DNA from: Terriglobia bacterium
GTDB lineage: Bacteria; Acidobacteriota; Terriglobia; 20CM-2-55-15
Direction: 5' to 3'
NCBI GenBank assembly: GCA_965218585.1
Contig: CBDCLE010000002.1
Span: 448,001 to 512,000, forward strand
DNA: 64,000 nucleotides
The notes under the pieces: generated by a model
Databases searched by the model: none
The model's input: only the letters and a program-made list of their open reading frames with translations
What the model was told of the DNA's origin: nothing
In this document: in pieces, positions 20,038-28,969 of the stretch
How positions within the stretch are numbered: the stretch's first letter is position 1
Layout of the letters: the number at the start of each line of letters is the position of its first letter
Made by a program: the position numbers and the translations under genes

Positions 20038-20134
20038 GGGGCGGTCCATATTCCGATTTCCGACCGGCAACCGCAAGGAAAGTGTGGTCAGTTCCGTCAA
20101 CTTTACCCGCAAGGTAAGAAAGGACTTTTCAGTT

Positions 20135-20644
20135 ATGCAGCAGATTCTTCCCATCGCACCCAACGGCTCGGATACCCCTACAGATGGATCGAGTGAGGCC
20201 AGACGGATCGACGGACTTTCTGAACGACTCAGCGTCGTCACTCGGCAGCGGATGGAGTTCCACAACGTTACCTCGCAAGTTGAGGCCGCCGTCAAGGCCA
20301 GTGGCGTCCGTTCGGGCATTGTGACGGTCCGGTCCATGCACACGACCGCGACTGTATTCCTCAACGAGTGGCAGGAAGCTTTACTGGCGGACTATCAGCG
20401 GCTCTTCGAGTTGCTGGTCCCGGATGGAGAGTATTGGAGGCACAACGATCCCCGGTATTCTGATTGCGAGCGGGGCAACGCAGTCGCCCATCTGAGAGCA
20501 TTGCTTTTCGGCTCACTCATTCCGCTGCCCATACGCGACGGCCAGCTCGAGCGCGGAACGTGGCAGTCGATCATCTTCGCAGAGTTGGACGGGCCGCAAA
20601 CGCGATCTGTTGGCGTCGAGATCCGCGGTGACTTTTTCAGCTAG
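20135..20644 (+). CDS. yjbQ: YjbQ (UPF0047) family protein
   Basis: SMHTTATVFLNE, HND, NAVAHLR, GTWQSIIFAELDGP; start moved to ATG 20135. Confidence 0.88.
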   Translation: MQQILPIAPNGSDTPTDGSSEARRIDGLSERLSVVTRQRMEFHNVTSQVEAAVKASGVRSGIVTVRSMHTTATVFLNEWQEALLADYQRLFELLVPDGEYWRHNDPRYSDCERGNAVAHLRALLFGSLIPLPIRDGQLERGTWQSIIFAELDGPQTRSVGVEIRGDFFS

Positions 20645-21516
20645 ACATCCATGATCGCCATTGCCTGCTCGATCGAACGGATCGGGTCGCGGCCCGGCCC
20701 GGGTCGGAATTCGTGCGACACATATCCGGTATACCCGGTGTCGGCAATCACCTCGGCGATGTATCGATAGTTGATCTCCTGGGTATAGTCGAGCTCGTTC
20801 CGCGTCGGCACGCCGGCAGTATGGAAGTGAGCGATCCAGTCGATACTGCTCTGGACGTTGAAAGCGAGATCGCCGTCCATGATCTGGAGGTGGTAGATGT
20901 CACACACCATCCCCACGTTGGGTGAATCGACACGCTGACACATCTCGATGCCCCATTCCCAATGTCCGCAGACTTGGTCTGCCCTGCCGAACGCCGGATC
21001 GGTTCGCCTGTTGTTCATGTTCTCGAGCGCTATCGTAACGTTGCGGCGTTCAAGATGGGGTTTGATCCGGTCGAGGAACGCTACTGCGTTGTCCTGAGCA
21101 ACCTGGAAGTCCATGCCCTGCCGCTGGCCACCGATGGTAATGAAGTTTTCGATGCCGTTATCCGCACAGGTGTCGATCCATTCGGAAACCGACTCGAACA
21201 GTGTGTCATGAGCCTCGGGGTGGATTATCCCATCCCCGAATCCGACGCCACCGGTTCCCGCCAGTAGCGGTTCGAGTCCGTGCTGCCTCATCGTGACCCA
21301 TTCTTCGGGGCCCCTCAGGTCAAAGCCATGTGCACCGAGGCGCACGGCTTCCCGACACATGTCATCGAATGATAAGCCGCTGTCAGGACCGAAGTTCGTG
21401 GGCCACAGACCCTGTTTGATCCGGTTTCTTCGCTGGATAGGTTCCGCGTTCTGTAAGGGAGCAGCCGCCACTGCCGTTCCCGCGAATGCCGTACCGAGGA
21501 ATTGTCTTCGTTTCAT
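20641..21516 (-). CDS. Hydroxypyruvate isomerase-family TIM-barrel protein with Tat signal
   Basis: KRRQFLG Tat motif, IALENMN, DIYHLQIMDGD, HFHTAGVPTRNE, GYVSHEF. Confidence 0.85.
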   Translation of the reverse strand: MKRRQFLGTAFAGTAVAAAPLQNAEPIQRRNRIKQGLWPTNFGPDSGLSFDDMCREAVRLGAHGFDLRGPEEWVTMRQHGLEPLLAGTGGVGFGDGIIHPEAHDTLFESVSEWIDTCADNGIENFITIGGQRQGMDFQVAQDNAVAFLDRIKPHLERRNVTIALENMNNRRTDPAFGRADQVCGHWEWGIEMCQRVDSPNVGMVCDIYHLQIMDGDLAFNVQSSIDWIAHFHTAGVPTRNELDYTQEINYRYIAEVIADTGYTGYVSHEFRPGPGRDPIRSIEQAMAIMDV

Positions 21517-22453
21517 CCGCGCATTATACCCACGCTCGGGTGATGGGAATACCTGTTGATCGGGTTCTGTAGCGATTGTGTCGGAAGGGAACCGGACCTA
21601 ATCGTCCAGGAACTTGCGGGCGATGTCGACGTCGCACTCTTCATTCGAGTGAGGCATGTTCGGCCTGTACAGCCACTGTCCTGACCATTCTACGGGTTCG
21701 GTCAGGTACTCGGGATCTTCCACCACTCCGGAATAAATCAAGCTCTTGCCGTCTTCGCTGACGCGGAAACGTTCCACGAGGTTTTTCTGTGTGCTTCCGG
21801 GCAGGGAAGTGGAAAGGCCCATGGGATGTGCAATGTAGTTGGTCGTCTCGACAACGAGGACATCGCCCTCCCAGCGTCCTACCGAGTGGCCATGCAGGGA
21901 AGGTCCGGCCCCGGCGAGTCCACTACTCTCGTCCAGGTAGACGACACGCTCGGACTCCATCCAATCAACGTTCATGACCACACGGTCTTCTGCCACCGTA
22001 ATGGTGCTGGCCACGGGGTAGAATATCAGCCCCGGCGCAGCGATGGGAATGCAATCCTTCTGGGGAGTTTCCATCGGATCGACGTTGTCCATGGCCGTTC
22101 TTCCTGTCTCGGTCACAGGCCAGTTCCTTGCTCCGCCCAGGAAGCCAAAGAACTCGCTGCGGGGCGAAAACCACGTCCCTTCAATACTAGTGGCCGTTTC
22201 ATCGCTGGGTTCGTAGATACTGCGAGAGGAAATGTTCAGTGGGTGGTAGCTGCCATCCTGCTTGTACAGTTCTCTTCCCAACATCAATACGTCGGGGTTG
22301 CGACGGCTCGGGTTACCGGCGATGGTTACTACATCCCCAACAGCCACGGAGTCACGTGTGAAACCAAGAGGGTTGAGCACAGACCCGGCTCCGGCTTCGA
22401 CTTCCATCTCGACGCTTTGGCCGTCGTCCCGCTCGACCTGCAGGGTCAGGTAG

Positions 22454-23921
22454 TACTACTATGTTACAAACGGCCTATTTTATGTTAGCATCCGGTCATG
22501 AGCGCCAAATCGAAGGCGCCAGGCACTCAGGAAAAACGTTTTGCGGCCTATTTGGAACGCCTGGCGTCGGCCGCAGGACACGCCGATCGTCATGAACCGT
22601 TGAAGTCGTACTGCACCGGGTTGTTGCTGCCGATCAAACGTAAGAGTGTGGAGCCGATGGCTGCACGATTGGCTCCGGATAATGTACGCCGAATGCACCA
22701 GTCGCTACATCATCTGGTCGCGGATGCGCCCTGGGACGATGCGGCTCTGTTGGCAGAAGTTCGACAGTACGCGCTGGGGGCGATGGAAGCCAACGGTCCG
22801 ATTGAAGCCTGGATTGTCGACGACACCGGATTCGTGAAAAAGGGGACCCACTCGGTGGGTGTGGCCCGGCAATACTGTGGACAGGTCGGCAAACCTGAGA
22901 ACTGCCGGGTGGCGGTGAGCCTGTCGGTGGCGACAGCGAAATCCAGCTTGCCGGTGGCATGGCGACTCTACCTCCCCGAGACCTGGGCGAAGGATCCGGA
23001 ACGTCGAAGCAAAGCCGCTATTCCCGAAGACGTTCGATTTCAAACTAAACCTCAAATTGCTTTGGAACAAATCCGGCAGGCCGTCGATGACGGCATTGCT
23101 CCGGCACCGGTTCTGGGCGATACGGCCTACGGCAACAACTACAAGTTCCGGCACGGCATCACCGAACTCGGACTTAGCTACGTCCTAGGGGTGCAAGGCA
23201 CCACGACCGTGTGGAAACCGGGCCAGGGTCCCTTGCCGCCGAAATCCTTGACCGGCCGCGGACGGACACCGACCCGCATGCAGCGCAACAAGAAACATCA
23301 ACCGGTTTCGGTCAAGCAACTGGCCCTCTCGTTGTCTCCCCAGCGTTGGAAGAACGTCTCCTGGCGCGAAGGCACCTCCGAGACCCTGCGTTCCCGTTTC
23401 GCCGCAGTTCGCATTCGTCCCGCTCATCTGGATCACGAGCGCCACTCGCCGCATCCGAAAGAGTGGTTGTTGGTCGAGTGGCCCAAGACCGCATCCGAAC
23501 CGATCCGGTACTGGCTCTCCACTCTTGGGGCCCATACCTCGCTTTCCGATCTGGCCGGTCAGGCCAAACAGCGCTGGATCATCGAACGCGACTATCAGGA
23601 ACTCAAGCAGGAACTCGGTCTGGGACACTACGAAGGTCGCGGCTGGCGTGGATTTCACCATCATGGCACCTTATGTATTGCCTCTTATGGGTTCCTGGTC
23701 GCCGAGCGGAGCCGTTTTTCCCCCTCTGCATTTGTCGAGCATGTTGGACTATCCGTCCCCAAACTCCCCAAACACTTCAAACCCCGCGGAACCCCGGATC
23801 CGGCCCGAACGACATAACCCCTGCTCGATTGCCACGCTTCGCATTCGCATCGCCCGCTTCCTGATTCAGCAGCTTCCTCGTTGTCCGTTCTGTGGACCGC
23901 TTCGTTTGTAACACAGTAGTA
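22454..23921 (+). mobile_element. IS701 family insertion sequence
   Basis: IRs TACTACTATGTTACAAACG / CGTTTGTAACACAGTAGTA (1 mismatch); GTAG direct repeats at 22450-22453 and 23922-23925. Confidence 0.92.
22498..23817 (+). CDS. IS701 family DDE transposase
   Basis: RKSVEPMA, WIVDDTGFVKKGTHSVGVARQYCG, DTAYG, RWIIERDYQELKQELGLGHYEGRGWRGFHHH. Confidence 0.95.
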   Translation: MSAKSKAPGTQEKRFAAYLERLASAAGHADRHEPLKSYCTGLLLPIKRKSVEPMAARLAPDNVRRMHQSLHHLVADAPWDDAALLAEVRQYALGAMEANGPIEAWIVDDTGFVKKGTHSVGVARQYCGQVGKPENCRVAVSLSVATAKSSLPVAWRLYLPETWAKDPERRSKAAIPEDVRFQTKPQIALEQIRQAVDDGIAPAPVLGDTAYGNNYKFRHGITELGLSYVLGVQGTTTVWKPGQGPLPPKSLTGRGRTPTRMQRNKKHQPVSVKQLALSLSPQRWKNVSWREGTSETLRSRFAAVRIRPAHLDHERHSPHPKEWLLVEWPKTASEPIRYWLSTLGAHTSLSDLAGQAKQRWIIERDYQELKQELGLGHYEGRGWRGFHHHGTLCIASYGFLVAERSRFSPSAFVEHVGLSVPKLPKHFKPRGTPDPARTT

Positions 23922-24124
23922 GTAGACATGCGGGTTTCTAAAGCTGTATTCAAGAATCGTTCCTGAGACTGTAACTTCCTCCCGGACGTCGAAGGCGGCC
24001 GAACTATGGTGCGACAAGGCCTGGGCGGTGGGCATCAGCGAAATCAAACAGGCCAGACTGGAGATACAGAAGGTTTTCATCATCCTCTCCTCGACATTCA
24101 CTTTTGCCATCCTTTTCGTCGATT

Positions 24125-24149
24125 GTGCGGCCATAGAGCGCACCTACAG
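24125..24149 (-). repeat. GTAG-type REP element
   Basis: Plus strand GTGCGGCCATAGAGCGCACCTAC; 21/23 identical to the 33372 copy. Confidence 0.75.
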
Positions 24150-24150
24150 T

Positions 24151-24645
24151 TCACCGGGAGGGATCGGTGGCCAGGTCGACGTATGTTGTCCCGGAAGGGC
24201 CGAAGCCCGTTATCTGGATGACGACGCCCTCGTCACGGGTCGCGGCGAAGTGATTCGAGCCGGGAGGCTCCGTATAGATGCTGCCTGACGGCAACTCTTT
24301 AAGGAGCGTTTCATCAAACGCTTCCCCATAACCGAAGTACCAGGTTCCCGACATGACCGTTGCAACACGATCGTCGGGATGTGAGTGGGCGTCAATCCGC
24401 GTGTCGGGTCCGACGCGGAGAAGCATGGTGTAGAGCCCCCCTTCAGCGGGGTTTCCCTCGAGAATGACAGACTCTATACCTGAAGCGAATGAAGTGCCGA
24501 CCAGCGACGATTGACCGGACGGCCACCGGATTTCACCGGGAGTGACTCTTAGCTCCCCACTCTGTCGGGCCGCCACCTCCAGTCCGCACAAGGCGAGCAG
24601 AACGGTCATAGCGGTCAGCAGAGTTGTTCTTATCGACGCGTTCAT
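24151..24645 (-). CDS. Secreted cupin domain protein
   Basis: Signal peptide; AHSHPDDRVATVMSGTW, TEPPGSNHFA, GFGPSGT. Confidence 0.85.
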   Translation of the reverse strand: MNASIRTTLLTAMTVLLALCGLEVAARQSGELRVTPGEIRWPSGQSSLVGTSFASGIESVILEGNPAEGGLYTMLLRVGPDTRIDAHSHPDDRVATVMSGTWYFGYGEAFDETLLKELPSGSIYTEPPGSNHFAATRDEGVVIQITGFGPSGTTYVDLATDPSR

Positions 24646-25605
24646 CTAGCGCGAACGCGGCTTCCAGTCCCGGCGCCGCCCGTTAGCCTCTTCGATTTCA
24701 TCGGGCGACATCTCGGCAGCGATGGTGTTGCGCATCGCGACTCTGGCCTCGAACTCCACGCCGCCTGCGGACTCGGTCGCCAGATCGACCCACATGTGGG
24801 CCCGGACGTTGTCCGCTCGCACACCTTCACCCTTGTGGTACATCTGGCCGATTTCGTATTGAGCCATGGCGTGTCCCTGTTCGGCAGCCCTTTCGATCCA
24901 CTCGGCGGCATCGCCCAGGTCTATGTCAACGCCTTCGCCGCGGCGGTACATGAGGCCGATATTGAACTGAGCCGTCGAGTTGTCGGATCCGTCGCGGTAG
25001 AAGTCCATCGCCTTTTCAAAGTCCAGATCCACGCCCAGGCCGTTGTGATACATACCGGCAAGGGTGATTATCGCCCCCTCACTACCCTGATCCGCAGCCA
25101 ATTCGAACCACTTCGCTGCTTCTTCGTAATCCAGCTCCCAGCCCGGGCCAGTCCGTGTATAAACGCTCCCCATAAAGGTCTGCGCGTTGACGTCACCCTC
25201 TTCGGCAGGTCTCCTGAGCCACTTCGCTGCCTCCGCAAAGTCCTGTGGCACACCGTTGCCGTCGTGATACAGAAGGCCCAGTCTCAACTGTGAAATCTGG
25301 TCGCCTTGTTCGGCTGCCATCAGAAACCATTTTGCAGCTTCTTCAGGGTTCCTCGCTATATCGAAAGTTCTATCGGGTTCAACGGGGTCGTCTCCTGTGA
25401 GGTAAAGCATTCCGAGTCGCCTCTGCGACCGTACGTCCCCTCTTTCGGCCTGTCTCGCGAATTGCTCGATCGAGTTCGCGCCGATGGCTGTCAGGGCACG
25501 AAGTTCGAACTGCTGTTGAGGGTCTTGAGCCGTGCTGGTTCCGGCAAGCACACCGCTCACGAGAATCACCGTGACAATTACCGAAAAAATGGTTCTGACT
25601 TTCAT
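24646..25605 (-). CDS. SEL1-like repeat protein, secreted
   Basis: Repeated AAKWF..AAEQG..AQ..LG..Y..G.GV; start moved to ATG 25605 with RBS and signal peptide. Confidence 0.9.
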   Translation of the reverse strand: MKVRTIFSVIVTVILVSGVLAGTSTAQDPQQQFELRALTAIGANSIEQFARQAERGDVRSQRRLGMLYLTGDDPVEPDRTFDIARNPEEAAKWFLMAAEQGDQISQLRLGLLYHDGNGVPQDFAEAAKWLRRPAEEGDVNAQTFMGSVYTRTGPGWELDYEEAAKWFELAADQGSEGAIITLAGMYHNGLGVDLDFEKAMDFYRDGSDNSTAQFNIGLMYRRGEGVDIDLGDAAEWIERAAEQGHAMAQYEIGQMYHKGEGVRADNVRAHMWVDLATESAGGVEFEARVAMRNTIAAEMSPDEIEEANGRRRDWKPRSR

Positions 25606-25747
25606 GGAAACCTTCCTCCACCTGAGTTGGAAATCACTGATTGGCATCAGGATACCCGTTTGCGTACTGGGCGCAACAATAAAAGGGCTCTGGTTGCTAA
25701 GATAGCCCCTCGTTTTGTTAATGTTATGGTCGCCGTAGGGTCGACGC

Positions 25748-26278
25748 ATGCGGAATACGCGGACAGACGAATATCTCACAGACGTTCGGGACAGGCTGGG
25801 CAAGTTAAAGGCGCTTGCCGAAGCGGCTCTGGCTCAGGTTGACGACGCGTCTCTCTTCGGAACTCTGGACGAAGAATCCAACAGCATCGCTGTGCTCCTG
25901 AAGCACCTAGCCGGAAACATGCAGTCGCGCTGGGACGGGTTTCCACAAGAAGGAGAGAGCGAATCGTCAAAGCGAAACCGCGATGCAGAATTTGAGGTCG
26001 ATAATGGCGACACAAGGAGAGAACTGATCGCGAAGTGGGAACTGGGCTGGCAGTGTACGTTTGATATGCTCGAACGTCTAACGGAAGACGACATGAATCG
26101 GAGGGTCATCCTCCGGGGGGAGTCCATGTCGGTCATGTCCGCCATCAACCGGCAATTCACGCATTACGCCTACCACATCGGGCAGATTGTTTTCTTAGCG
26201 AAGCATTACTGTTCGGGTCAATGGCAGTCACTGAGTATTCCGCGTGGAAAGTCTGACGAGTTCGCAAAGAATCGGTAG
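25748..26278 (+). CDS. DinB superfamily protein (DUF1572-like)
   Basis: SNSIAVLLKHLAGNMQSRW, RNRDAEFE, HYAYHIGQIVFLAK, SLSIPRGKS. Confidence 0.88.
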   Translation: MRNTRTDEYLTDVRDRLGKLKALAEAALAQVDDASLFGTLDEESNSIAVLLKHLAGNMQSRWDGFPQEGESESSKRNRDAEFEVDNGDTRRELIAKWELGWQCTFDMLERLTEDDMNRRVILRGESMSVMSAINRQFTHYAYHIGQIVFLAKHYCSGQWQSLSIPRGKSDEFAKNR

Positions 26279-26296
26279 GTGCGGACAAGGAGTTTG

Positions 26297-27724
26297 ATGA
26301 CAGAGAGGGTTAATGCTAGCGGAGATGTTGTTCGGTTTATCACCCGGGACCGATTCGATTTTCCACCTGAAGCCCTTCGCCTGGCGAAACGTTGTGTGAT
26401 TGACGGACTCGGCGTCATGCTTGCGGGTTCAACCACGCGAGGAAGCGGAATCGTTCATGACTACGTTCGATCCAGCCAGGGGATTGGGGAGGCGACCGTC
26501 TTCGGATCGAATACATTCCGGACGAGCGCGCCGGCCGCAGCACTGGCCAATGGAGCGAGCGGACACGCCCTGGACTGGGACGATACACAGTTGTCCACGA
26601 GCGCCGACCGGATATTTGGACTGATGACGCACCCAACCGTCCCAGCGTTGGCTGCCGCGCTGGCCCTGGGGGAACGAGGACAGGTGTCCGGGGAACAGTT
26701 CCTGGAAGCCTTTCTGGTCGGGTTCGAAGTCGAATGCAAGATTGCAGAAGCGATTGATCCGAGTCATTACAAGGGAGGTTTTCATTCCTCCGGAACGATC
26801 GGCTCTTTCGGAGCCATGGCCGCTGCGGCGCGGTTGCTCAGGCTCGACGCCGAAGCCACGGCTCATGCTTTATCCATCGTGGCGAGCATGTCTTCGGGAA
26901 TCCGAGTCAACTTCGGAACGATGACCAAACCGCTTCATGTGGGACGCGCGGCCCAGAACGGCGTTACGGCCACCGAGCTGGCTGCGAAGGGATTTACTGG
27001 CGGTGCGGATGGCCTGGACGGCCCGTGGGGTTTCTTCCAGATCTTCAGTTTCGGCAACGGTTTCGATCCGGGCCGAATCGTCGGGCGACTCGGAAATCCG
27101 TATTCGATCGTGACGCCGGGAGTTTCGATCAAACCGTATCCGTGCGGCGTGCTTGGGCATCCCAGCATGGACGCCATGCGGAAGTTGGTGATCGATCACG
27201 ACGTGAAGCCCGAAAACATCTCTGCGATTCGGCTGCGCGCGGGCTCCAACATCCTCAACCCACTGCGGTATCCAATTGCGCACACCGAATTGGAAGCGAA
27301 GTTCTCTCCCGCGTTCATGCTTTCGAGCATCGCATTACGCCGAAAGGCGGGGGTCCGTGAATTTACAGACGAATTTGTTCAGAGCGTTCCTGTTCAGGAA
27401 ATGATGGCCCGGGTCGAAACGATTTTCGATCCCGACATCGAGGCCATGGGCTTTGAAAAAATCCGTAGCACGGTGGAAGTGAGTCTGGAAGACGGAACCC
27501 AACTGGTCCAGGAAGCAGCCGAACAATATCGAGGTGGACCCGACAACCCGTTTACACGCGAAGAGCTTCACGAAAAATTCACCGAGTGCGCCGGGCTCGT
27601 CCTTCCCGAACGAGCGATACAGGGTACACTCAACGCGGTGGAGTCGATAGAAAATCTGTCCGACGTCAACGAACTGGTAGGCCTCCTGACCGAGGGCGTC
27701 GCTTCAACCGTGGGGAAACAGTGA
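26297..27724 (+). CDS. MmgE/PrpD family protein
   Basis: AALANGASGHALDWDD, HP, GFHSSG, GTMTKPLHVG, KPYPCG, EAKFS; ATG 26297 after AGGAG. Confidence 0.92.
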   Translation: MTERVNASGDVVRFITRDRFDFPPEALRLAKRCVIDGLGVMLAGSTTRGSGIVHDYVRSSQGIGEATVFGSNTFRTSAPAAALANGASGHALDWDDTQLSTSADRIFGLMTHPTVPALAAALALGERGQVSGEQFLEAFLVGFEVECKIAEAIDPSHYKGGFHSSGTIGSFGAMAAAARLLRLDAEATAHALSIVASMSSGIRVNFGTMTKPLHVGRAAQNGVTATELAAKGFTGGADGLDGPWGFFQIFSFGNGFDPGRIVGRLGNPYSIVTPGVSIKPYPCGVLGHPSMDAMRKLVIDHDVKPENISAIRLRAGSNILNPLRYPIAHTELEAKFSPAFMLSSIALRRKAGVREFTDEFVQSVPVQEMMARVETIFDPDIEAMGFEKIRSTVEVSLEDGTQLVQEAAEQYRGGPDNPFTREELHEKFTECAGLVLPERAIQGTLNAVESIENLSDVNELVGLLTEGVASTVGKQ

Positions 27725-28959
27725 ACCTGGCCTGGGTCTCGATTGGAGCCCTGGTGCTTGCAGTCGGGCTCAGTTGCACGACGACCGTGAATGTCGGAGT
27801 GCTGGCGCTTGCGATGGCGTGGATCGTCGGCGTCTACATGGGCGACATGTCGGTGGGCACCGTTCTGGAAGGCTACCCGACGACGTTGCTTGTAACGCTG
27901 ATCGGCGTCACTTTGCTCTTCAGCGTTGCCAACGTGAACGGTACGCTGAACCGTATGACCGAGCGGGCGGTACGTATCTGCCGTGGGAACGCCGGGCTTC
28001 TTCCCGTCATGTTTTTCTTCCTTGGGATGTTTGTGGCAACGATCGGTCCTGGCGGAACACCCACAAGCGCCCTGATTGCGCCCCCGGCCATGGCGATCGC
28101 TGCCCGCGCAGGAATCTCACCCTTCCTGATGGCGATCATGGCCGGTAACGGCGCCCTGGCCGGGACGCTTTCGCCCTTCGCGCCGACCGGCATCGTTGCC
28201 AGCGGCGTGATGGAAAGGATCGGCCTGGGCGGAGTGGAGTGGTACACATACGGGTACAACGCTCTTGCGCACGCAGTCGTGGCGTTTGGCGGATTCGCCT
28301 TGTTCGGCGGCCTGCGGCTGTTCAAGAAGGGCTCCAGTGTGGGTCCCCTCGAGGACGAGACCAGCGAGATGGAAACCAGTCATTGGCTGACCCTCGGGGG
28401 TATTGCTGTTTTTATCATCGCGGTCGCCGGTTTCGGCTCGCATGTCGGCATGACGGGTCTGACCATCGCTGCGATTCTTGTCCTGCTCCGAGCGGTAGAA
28501 GAAAAGAAGGCTATCCAGGGAATTCCTTGGGGCGTGATCCTGATGGTGACCGGCGTTACCGTCCTCGTTTCAATCCTTGAAAGGACGGAAGGCATGGACC
28601 TGTTCACGAATGCGCTGGCCAGCATTTCAACCCCGGCATCTCTTGCGCCGATCGTGGCTTTCGGCTCCGGTGTCGTTTCCGTGTACAGCAGTACTTCCGG
28701 TGTCGTGTTGCCCGCGTTTCTGCCGCTGGTGCCCGGCCTGACCGAAAGCGTCGGTATCATCGAACCCTTGCCTATTGCGTGGTCCATGAACGTGGGCGCA
28801 AGCCTCGTCGACATGTCCTCGCTCTCTACTGTGGGGGCGCTGTTTCTGGCTGCCGCCCCTGCGGGGACCGACACGCGTGTGCTGTTCAACAAGATGCTCG
28901 CCTGGGGTCTGTCGATGTCACTGGTCGGTGCCCTCTTCTGCTGGTTGCTCTTCCTCTGA
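27721..28959 (+). CDS. SLC13/ion transporter superfamily carboxylate permease
   Basis: About 12 hydrophobic segments, LSPFAPTG, DMSSLSTVGA; GTG start overlaps the upstream stop. Confidence 0.8.
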   Translation: MNLAWVSIGALVLAVGLSCTTTVNVGVLALAMAWIVGVYMGDMSVGTVLEGYPTTLLVTLIGVTLLFSVANVNGTLNRMTERAVRICRGNAGLLPVMFFFLGMFVATIGPGGTPTSALIAPPAMAIAARAGISPFLMAIMAGNGALAGTLSPFAPTGIVASGVMERIGLGGVEWYTYGYNALAHAVVAFGGFALFGGLRLFKKGSSVGPLEDETSEMETSHWLTLGGIAVFIIAVAGFGSHVGMTGLTIAAILVLLRAVEEKKAIQGIPWGVILMVTGVTVLVSILERTEGMDLFTNALASISTPASLAPIVAFGSGVVSVYSSTSGVVLPAFLPLVPGLTESVGIIEPLPIAWSMNVGASLVDMSSLSTVGALFLAAAPAGTDTRVLFNKMLAWGLSMSLVGALFCWLLFL

Positions 28960-28969
28960 TTCCAAATTC

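Larger units (their letters stand above)
21598..24083 (-). pseudogene. DUF6152-like/partner-domain fusion gene interrupted by IS701
   Basis: 5' part (24083-23922) MMKTFC...ALSHHSSAAFD...NPHVY joins in frame to 3' part LTLQVERDDG...GHSVGRWEGDVLVVETT...EECD once the IS and one target copy are removed. Confidence 0.88.

Noticed and set aside
20062-20090. RNase P or c-di-GMP-I riboswitch fragment (GGCAACCGCAAGGAAAGTG)
   Set aside because: Required downstream conserved blocks are missing and the space is too short for RNase P
10229-23921. Composite transposon between the two IS elements
   Set aside because: Different IS families, each with its own local target duplication
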